A stretch of 64,000 bases of DNA from Candidatus Peribacteria bacterium. Its GTDB lineage: Bacteria > Patescibacteriota > Gracilibacteria > Peribacterales > Peribacteraceae. Made by a program: the position numbers and the translations under genes. Location: contig CALREJ010000001.1 of NCBI GenBank assembly GCA_943355155.1, forward strand, positions 2,785-66,784. Reading direction: 5' to 3'. This document shows positions 57,799 through 64,000 of this stretch, one piece after another. Below the pieces are notes generated by a model, which saw only the letters and a program-made list of their open reading frames with translations, was not told where the DNA came from and made no database searches. Position 1 is the first letter of the stretch, and each line of letters opens with the position of its first letter.

Positions 57799-60342
57799 AT
57801 GTGCAATGATTTTTCCGGTGACTCTTGTATAGTGCGAACGATGTATTTTTCTCTTCCCTACGGCGATGTTTTAGAAAGACTGCAAAGCAGTACCGAAGGC
57901 CTTGACGAAAATTCAGTTCAAGTTTCTCGTGATTCTTGTGGCTGGAATGAACTTCCGGAAAAGAAAACGCCGTGGTGGGTCTTACTGCTGCGACAATTTC
58001 AGGATGTCATGATCTATATCCTCATCGGTGCGCTTTTTCTGACGATTGCCGTACGTGCTGCCGAGGGAGACGGATCACTGGAACATTCCATTGATATTTT
58101 TGCGATCCTCGCGATCCTTCTTCTCAATGCTGCCCTTGGTTTTGCGCAAGAATTTCGTTCGGAGCAGGCACTCCTCAGTCTCAAATCACTCACTTCTCCG
58201 AGCGTGCGGGTTCGAAGAGGAAGACAGGAAATGATGATTCCTTCGCGCGAACTCGTGTGCGGAGACATTGTTCTTCTTGAAACCGGTGATCGCATTTCCG
58301 CAGACGGCAGACTGATTTTGCTCTCGCATCTCGAAGTGAATGAATCGAGTCTCACCGGCGAAAGTTCCACCGTCACAAAAACAACGGACATCGTGAAAGA
58401 GGGGAGTGCGATCGGTGATCAACGCAATATGGTTTTTGCAGGCACCATCGTCACGCGCGGCAGTGCAACCTATGTCGTGACGGCCGTGGGAACAGAAAGC
58501 GAGATCGGTCGCATCGCAACTCTTGTCGCTGCTGCAAAACCTCCGCCAACTCCACTTGAAGTGCGCATGAAAAAATTGAGCGGATTCATGGGCATGATCG
58601 TTTTGGTGCTCTGTAGCATTCTTGCTGGCATCGAATACATGCGTGGTTTGCCCTTTCTGGAGATTGTTCTTCTTGCCGTCAGTCTCGCGGTGTCTGCCGT
58701 GCCGGAGGGCTTGCCCGCCGTTGTGACTGCCTGTCTTGCGATGGGAGTGCGGAAAATGGTCGGGATCAACGCACTCGTGATGCGCCTTGATGCACTTGAA
58801 ACACTCGGCTCTATCAGTGTCATCTGCAGCGACAAAACAGGAACGATCACCGAAAATAAAATGGCGGTGCGTGAAACGTGGACTGTGAAAAAAGAAAAAG
58901 AGGAAGAGGAACTGCTCATCCAAATCGCGTCGTCCTGCAATCGCGCAGTGCTCCCCGACATCGGTGATCCGACGGAGGTGGGGCTTTTAAAATTTGCAAA
59001 AGATCGTGCGGTGGAACGTTTGTCCTTCGATGAAGAGGAAGTGCCCTTCGGATCCGAACATAAATACATGCAGACCAGACACGGATCACGTTCTTTTCTG
59101 AAAGGTGCACCGGAACAAATTCTTGCTCTCTGCACATCTCCCGACACCGAACAAATCGAAGAGCAGAGCAGACTGATGGCGGAGCGAGGACTGCGTGTTC
59201 TTGCGATGGCCATTTCTGAAGTGGGGATCGTTCGTTTCGTCGGACTCATCGGAATGGAAGATCCGCCACGTGCTGCGGTAGAACCCGCCATGGAAGAAGC
59301 GCGCAGAGCGGGGATTCGCACGGTGATGATCACCGGTGATCATGCCGTCACCGCACGCGCGATTGCAAAACAAATCGGGATGGACGGAGACGTTGTCGAA
59401 GGACGTATGCTCGATACATTGACGAATGATGTACTCCTCCAAACAGTTCGTACAGTTTCTATTTATGCCCGTGTGTCTCCCACACACAAAATTGCAATTC
59501 TCAAGGCACTGCAATCGCAAGGTGAGATTGTTGCGATGACAGGAGACGGCGTGAATGATGCGCCGGCACTGCGCGCTGCAAACGTCGGCATCGCGATGGG
59601 AAAAGACGGCACGCAGGTTGCGCGCGAAGCAGCGAGTCTCGTTCTGACGGACGATAATTACGCGACGATCGTCGTTGCCATCCGCGAAGGCAGGCGCATC
59701 TACGATAACATCCGTAAATTTATTTTGTACCTCGTCCGCGCGAACGTCGGACAAATGCTCCTCTTCACATTCACCGTTGCTCTTGGCTTACCGCTGCCAC
59801 TTCTACCGATCCATATTCTTTGGATCAACGTCATGACCGATGGCCTCCCCGCACTCGCACTCGGTATGGAAAAAGAAGAACCGAACATCATGCATCGACC
59901 GCCGAGGCCGCCGAGCGAACAGATTTTTTCCGGTGTGTGGATTCACCTCCTCGTTGCCTCACTCACATCATGTCTGCTCACATTCGGACTCTTTGCTTGG
60001 CATCTTTCGGAAGGTGATCCGATTGATCATGTGCGGACAATCGTGTTCACGTTCTCCATATTTTTTGAAATTCTACTCGCCTTTCACAGTCGCTCTGTCA
60101 AGCGCGTGTGGGAGATCGGGATGTTTCGCAACCGCTGGCTCACCGCATCCGCGATCCTTCCTTTTGCTTTGCAAATGCTCATTCTTTTGACTCCATTGCG
60201 CAGCGTGTTTTCTCTCATGCCCCTGACCATGCGCGATCTCGTCATCCTCGTTGGCGTCGGTACGTGTGGATTTTTGTTTCTTGAAATTTCAAAGCCTTTT
60301 TTCGCGGTTTCTTTCCCGGTGTTACGCAGGGCGACTCGATGA
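57799..60342 (+). CDS. P-type cation-transporting ATPase (type II, Ca2+/Mg2+-like)
   Basis: CSDKTGTITEN, MITGDH, TGDGVNDAPAL and an N-terminal cation-ATPase-N region. An alternative ATG lies at 57841 (MYFSLPYGDVLERL...). Confidence 0.9.
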   Translation: MCNDFSGDSCIVRTMYFSLPYGDVLERLQSSTEGLDENSVQVSRDSCGWNELPEKKTPWWVLLLRQFQDVMIYILIGALFLTIAVRAAEGDGSLEHSIDIFAILAILLLNAALGFAQEFRSEQALLSLKSLTSPSVRVRRGRQEMMIPSRELVCGDIVLLETGDRISADGRLILLSHLEVNESSLTGESSTVTKTTDIVKEGSAIGDQRNMVFAGTIVTRGSATYVVTAVGTESEIGRIATLVAAAKPPPTPLEVRMKKLSGFMGMIVLVLCSILAGIEYMRGLPFLEIVLLAVSLAVSAVPEGLPAVVTACLAMGVRKMVGINALVMRLDALETLGSISVICSDKTGTITENKMAVRETWTVKKEKEEEELLIQIASSCNRAVLPDIGDPTEVGLLKFAKDRAVERLSFDEEEVPFGSEHKYMQTRHGSRSFLKGAPEQILALCTSPDTEQIEEQSRLMAERGLRVLAMAISEVGIVRFVGLIGMEDPPRAAVEPAMEEARRAGIRTVMITGDHAVTARAIAKQIGMDGDVVEGRMLDTLTNDVLLQTVRTVSIYARVSPTHKIAILKALQSQGEIVAMTGDGVNDAPALRAANVGIAMGKDGTQVAREAASLVLTDDNYATIVVAIREGRRIYDNIRKFILYLVRANVGQMLLFTFTVALGLPLPLLPIHILWINVMTDGLPALALGMEKEEPNIMHRPPRPPSEQIFSGVWIHLLVASLTSCLLTFGLFAWHLSEGDPIDHVRTIVFTFSIFFEILLAFHSRSVKRVWEIGMFRNRWLTASAILPFALQMLILLTPLRSVFSLMPLTMRDLVILVGVGTCGFLFLEISKPFFAVSFPVLRRATR

Positions 60343-60394
60343 AGGCATCGACTTTTCAGAGCTCTCTGCAGATACGAAAACCGTGGAGATAGAT

Positions 60395-62323
60395 TTATTG
60401 TCCAAACGTGAATGCAAAGCCCTCAGCACCTTTTCCATGAAGCGTGAGAATGATGTCATGAGTACCATAGTCACCCTTAAAAAGATTATATAAATCATGA
60501 TGGTCGATCGTGATTGATTTCGTCGCTTTGCCGTCGACCGTAATATCTGCAGTAACGGGAGATGCGCCTTCTGCCAGTCCCAGAACCAGATTCACTTCGC
60601 CCGCGAGTGCGCGGAAGCCGATTTTCCCTGTATCACTCCTCAGAACTTGTCGCTCATCATCGACTAATTGCCATTGCCCATCGAGATAAAAATTATTAAG
60701 CTTCATGTTTGTCGGTAATGTGTAGGTGTACTGCGCTCCATCAGGATTTCCGGCTTTATTTCCAAACGATTCCCAACTGCGTGAATGAAGATATATTTCA
60801 GGAGAGATTTGCTGCCTGTTTGATTTTTCTTCAACAGGCATTGGTTTTTGATTCGTCGCAGATGCACCAATTTCTCTCAGTAACGACGCAATTGCCTTAT
60901 CTGTTTCCTCATACTCTCCTTCACCAAAATGTGTGTAGCGGATGTTTCCCTCCGCATCGATCAAGTACTTCGCCGGCCAGAAGCGATTCTGAAATGCATT
61001 CCACGTTGCAAAATCATTGTCTTGGAAAACAGGATAGGTGAGTCCGTGATCTTTGATCGCCCTTTTCACATTGTTCACACTTTTTTCGAAGGTGAATTCG
61101 GGAGTGTGGACTCCGACCAAGACAAACGGCTGATCTCGATACTTCTCCCAGTAGCCCTGTATGTACGGAAGCGTGCGGATACAGTTAATGCAGCTGTAGG
61201 TCCAAAAATCGATGAGGACGACTTTGCCTTTTAGATCTTTCAAATGCAGTGCCGGAGAGCTGTGCCATGGACCGTTCCCCAAAAAATCATCCGGAGCTTT
61301 GCCGAGGATCGGGAGATCGGACTTGATGAATGCGATGGAAGACGAAGAGGATGGTGATGATGCAGAAGAAATCAACGACCCAGCAGCAGCCGTTCCCGGC
61401 TGCGGCATCGAAGAGGAAAGAGATGATCGTAATGAACTCGATTGTGTCGAAGAATCTGAAGTCGCAGATGAATTTTGTCCAAGATTCGTTCCAAACAAAT
61501 TTTCCTCAATCCTATTTCCCAGTGTTCCAAATCCCGTGTGTTCCACAAACCACGTCTGCATCTGCTGAAAAAGATTGAATTGAAATGCGAGCGCGGAAAG
61601 TATCAGAAGTGCTCCCGCAATTTCCTTTACGCGTCCGCTGTACTTGTTTAATTTCTTCACAGATTGCACGGCAATTTGTCCGCCGTAGCCGATGATGAGC
61701 AGGGGAATGCCTGCGCCGAGTGCGTACATGGTAAGGTAGAGTGCCGCCTGTACCCCCGGCTGATTTCGCACAAGAGCAAGAGCAAAACTGAGTGCAGGAC
61801 CCGCACACGGAACCCACACAAGTCCGAGCGTGATGCCGACGATAAATGCTGTGAGTAAAGATCGATCGCCGAGTCCTTGTCTTGCCTTCACCTGCACATC
61901 CATTCCCAGTTGCTGAATACGCGCAGCGATGCGTCCGCCGACTTCCATGAGGATCACTGCGACGATCATCGCGATCAAAACAGCAACCATTCCTCTGCTC
62001 CAAAAAAAGAATCCGCTGAGTACGGCACCGATTAGTTGTATTTTTTTCTCATGAAACAGAAAACCAATTCCAAAGAGGAAGAGAATTGCATACGTGGACG
62101 TTTGAATCACATTCGCAAGTTCGACAAATTGATTGAGAACGACATTCAGCAGAAAAGTGGATCCGACAAAACTCACAAGCATCCCAAGAACCGTCACAAG
62201 CGGCCGCCATCTGTTTTGTCCTGCGATGCTGACGCCGAGGACGATCGGGATCAACGGCAAAATGCACGGAAGCAAAATCGTGAGGAGTCCTGCGACGAAG
62301 AGCGTGAACGCAAGCGAAAACAT
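60395..62323 (-). CDS. DipZ-like fusion: CcdA/DsbD-type thiol-disulfide transporter, thioredoxin-fold (TlpA/ResA-like) domain and a C-terminal beta-rich domain
   Basis: N-terminus LTILLPCILPLIP and a later VWVPCAGP match CcdA. A Ser-rich linker follows. The redox motif is DFWTYSCINCIRTLP. The order of domains matches the mycobacterial DipZ architecture. Confidence 0.85.
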   Translation of the reverse strand: MFSLAFTLFVAGLLTILLPCILPLIPIVLGVSIAGQNRWRPLVTVLGMLVSFVGSTFLLNVVLNQFVELANVIQTSTYAILFLFGIGFLFHEKKIQLIGAVLSGFFFWSRGMVAVLIAMIVAVILMEVGGRIAARIQQLGMDVQVKARQGLGDRSLLTAFIVGITLGLVWVPCAGPALSFALALVRNQPGVQAALYLTMYALGAGIPLLIIGYGGQIAVQSVKKLNKYSGRVKEIAGALLILSALAFQFNLFQQMQTWFVEHTGFGTLGNRIEENLFGTNLGQNSSATSDSSTQSSSLRSSLSSSMPQPGTAAAGSLISSASSPSSSSSIAFIKSDLPILGKAPDDFLGNGPWHSSPALHLKDLKGKVVLIDFWTYSCINCIRTLPYIQGYWEKYRDQPFVLVGVHTPEFTFEKSVNNVKRAIKDHGLTYPVFQDNDFATWNAFQNRFWPAKYLIDAEGNIRYTHFGEGEYEETDKAIASLLREIGASATNQKPMPVEEKSNRQQISPEIYLHSRSWESFGNKAGNPDGAQYTYTLPTNMKLNNFYLDGQWQLVDDERQVLRSDTGKIGFRALAGEVNLVLGLAEGASPVTADITVDGKATKSITIDHHDLYNLFKGDYGTHDIILTLHGKGAEGFAFTFGQ

Positions 62324-62700
62324 AGAGAGGATGTGAATGTAAAGTGTTGTCAGTATACAGAAAGACTCCCGTCTATCGAGAGTCTCCTGCTGTCCTCTTT
62401 TCTATGTGAATTCTTTAGAGCGTCGAAGCGTAGAGGAACACGGCTAGTGTCGTGATAAAAAGAAAAACAGCTGCAAGCGCAAGTAATGGTCCCTGTGGAC
62501 CGATATCTTCCGCCCAATGTGAATGCCGTTGATGTACGGAAAATGTTGTCATGCTTACTATGACCCATTCGATTGTCATTGCTTACAAGGAATGATGGGA
62601 TTTTCCAGTGACAGAAGCATGGTACCCGTGAGGTACTGCTCCTTTTTCCAGAATCAGGTGTATGATGTAGCCGTTTTCCAATTCCTTCCCCCTTTCATCT

Positions 62701-63102
62701 ATGTGTGGATCTTGCTGTTCCGGTCAATCTTGTATGGGATGCAAAGTCGTTCGAGGCGTCGTCGCCTTGGTTCTTACTGTTACAACAATCGCGTCGCTCA
62801 TCGGTGTGTGGAACACGCACATGGTCGCCGGCAGTTTGTCCTTTGGTTCCGCTGAGGGATCCTTCGCGATTCTCGCGCTCGTGTTTTCTGTTGTGATGTG
62901 GCACAAAATTTCAAAGAAAATGTGTCCGTGTAACAAAGGTGGATGCGCAGGAGGTGCATGCGGATCCGGAGGTGGTTGCCCATGTGGCAAAGGTGCAGAT
63001 TGCAAGTGTGGAGAGGGATGCGGATGCGGCAAAGGCGCTGCATGTGATTGCCCACCTAAAGAGCATGCTGCAAAAGAAGAAAAGCATCACCACAGTCACT
63101 AA
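62701..63102 (+). CDS. Cys-rich, two-TM, metallothionein-like membrane protein with His-rich tail (133 aa)
   Basis: N-terminus MCGSCCSGQSCMGC, then two hydrophobic helices. C-terminus MCPCNKGGCAGGACGSGGGCPCGKGADCKCGEGCGCGKGAACDCPP...KHHHSH. A clean terminator follows. Confidence 0.7.
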   Translation: MCGSCCSGQSCMGCKVVRGVVALVLTVTTIASLIGVWNTHMVAGSLSFGSAEGSFAILALVFSVVMWHKISKKMCPCNKGGCAGGACGSGGGCPCGKGADCKCGEGCGCGKGAACDCPPKEHAAKEEKHHHSH

Positions 63103-63114
63103 GAGAAATTTTCA

Positions 63115-63143
63115 AAAGCCTCCTCGGGTGAGGGGGCTTTTTT
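63115..63143 (+). terminator. Intrinsic terminator after the Cys-rich gene
   Basis: aaagcctcctc gggtg agggggcttttttg. A GC-rich stem is followed by T6. Confidence 0.75.
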
Positions 63144-63318
63144 GTGATGCATGAAAAAACCTCGAGTCCCAAGTAGGGGATTCGAGGTCGATTGGTGAGT
63201 GCTGGCATTCACTCCAGAGACGGCGAGCCGTCTCCTTTTACTCTGCGATTACATTTCCTCGTAAGTGGTTTTACGCACAAAAAAGGAAATCATCGAAAAA
63301 ATTACGACGCTTTCTTGT

Positions 63319-63969
63319 TTACCTTTTCCTCCTGAAGAGGAGGGCGCCGGCACCGATTATCAGCAAGGCAAATGTGCTGGGTTCGGGTACGGGGCTCAGC
63401 CCCGTAAATTGGATAAGCTGGGCGAAATCGTAGGTGTCGCCGTTACCCCCCCTGAGCACGACCTGAAAATCCTGATTGATCTCTGGGAACTGCTGGAAGT
63501 CCTGGTACATTTGTGCTGTGCTGAAGAGCAGCACGAATGAACCTGTGGGGTTCGACAGGGGATATGCGGAATCCCCTGTAAAATTTGAAACCTTGAAGAT
63601 GTCCCCGCTGTCTGGAAACATCAGTTCAACTTCGATGCTTTGGTCGTCGGTGGAGTAAACTCCAACCAGATGATACGCCGCGCTGGGCTGATAGGTGATG
63701 ATGGACGAAACGAGTTGCCCTCCACCATTCCCAAATGCAACCAGCTTGTTGTTTCCCGAATGAAAAGGGTCGTCGACGATAGTTGCGTTGACAGACGACC
63801 ATCCAGAGAGGTCGTCGAAGTCGTCGTCAATTAGATACGTACCGACGACTCCCGCCTCAACCTTCGAAGCGGAAAGAGAAAAGGTCGCCAGGCAGGCGAC
63901 CACGAACAGCAGACACTTCTGAAACATGTTTGAAAATCCTCTGAAACGAATTGTGTTTTCCTTAATCAT
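63319..63969 (-). CDS. PEP-CTERM sorting-signal protein
   Basis: The C-terminus VPEPSTFALLIIGAGALLFRRKR is the canonical PEP motif, hydrophobic helix and basic tail. The signal peptide MFQKCLLFVVACLATFSLSASKVEA suggests the true start may be the ATG at 63925-63927. Confidence 0.8.
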   Translation of the reverse strand: MIKENTIRFRGFSNMFQKCLLFVVACLATFSLSASKVEAGVVGTYLIDDDFDDLSGWSSVNATIVDDPFHSGNNKLVAFGNGGGQLVSSIITYQPSAAYHLVGVYSTDDQSIEVELMFPDSGDIFKVSNFTGDSAYPLSNPTGSFVLLFSTAQMYQDFQQFPEINQDFQVVLRGGNGDTYDFAQLIQFTGLSPVPEPSTFALLIIGAGALLFRRKR

Positions 63970-64000
63970 CTGCCAGTGATGAAAAAGGAACGAGTGGACT

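Noticed and set aside
58186-59754. Minus-strand ORFs of 222-287 aa within the P-type ATPase gene
   Set aside because: They are antisense to a gene carrying all P-type ATPase signature motifs and have low-complexity Arg/Ser-rich sequence.

Overview
The window is a gene-dense stretch of bacterial chromosome using the standard genetic code. I saw no rRNA, CRISPR array, transposase, integrase or reverse transcriptase, and I cannot assign a taxon from the window alone. All domain calls come from reading motifs by eye; nothing was searched or computed. Recognisable housekeeping genes are dprA, tpiA, rpiB, rpe, ftsH, ligA, pilT, a PolX-family polymerase, purF, ogt and typA. There are two tRNAs, Thr-CGU and Leu-GAG. 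Accessory blocks lie between these genes, and several are visibly more AT-rich than their surroundings (about 11.6-12.8 kb, 16.7-17.0 kb, 20.9-27.2 kb and 30.7-33.5 kb). The observations I rank highest are: (1) A 1335-aa protein (27357-31364) whose AT-rich C-terminal module has a papain-like Cys/His motif pattern of the NlpC/P60 or CHAP type. That module starts at a compositional break inside the ORF. An overlapping lipoprotein gene and a frameshifted gene follow it, which is the layout of a polymorphic-toxin/immunity locus. (2) An aldehyde-dehydrogenase/LuxC-like enzyme (23197-25038) fused to a domain resembling the C-terminus of class I lysyl-tRNA synthetase. It appears co-transcribed with a small 4-TM transporter. 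(3) A TrmB-family transcription factor (20109-23159) fused in frame to six TM helices that bracket three paralogous Cache/PDC-like sensor modules carrying EF-hand-type loops. The same sensor type heads the histidine kinase at 25631. (4) A two-gene operon encoding 1140-aa and 4241-aa surface proteins (41562-57706). The giant protein appears membrane-anchored at both ends, and its repeats keep identical peptide sequence while their DNA has diverged at synonymous sites. (5) A 510-nt GC-rich, heavily base-paired intergenic region (36151-36660) that I could not assign to any RNA family. (6) A membrane-tethered metallothionein-like protein (62701-63102) next to a DipZ-like reductant transporter and a P-type ATPase.
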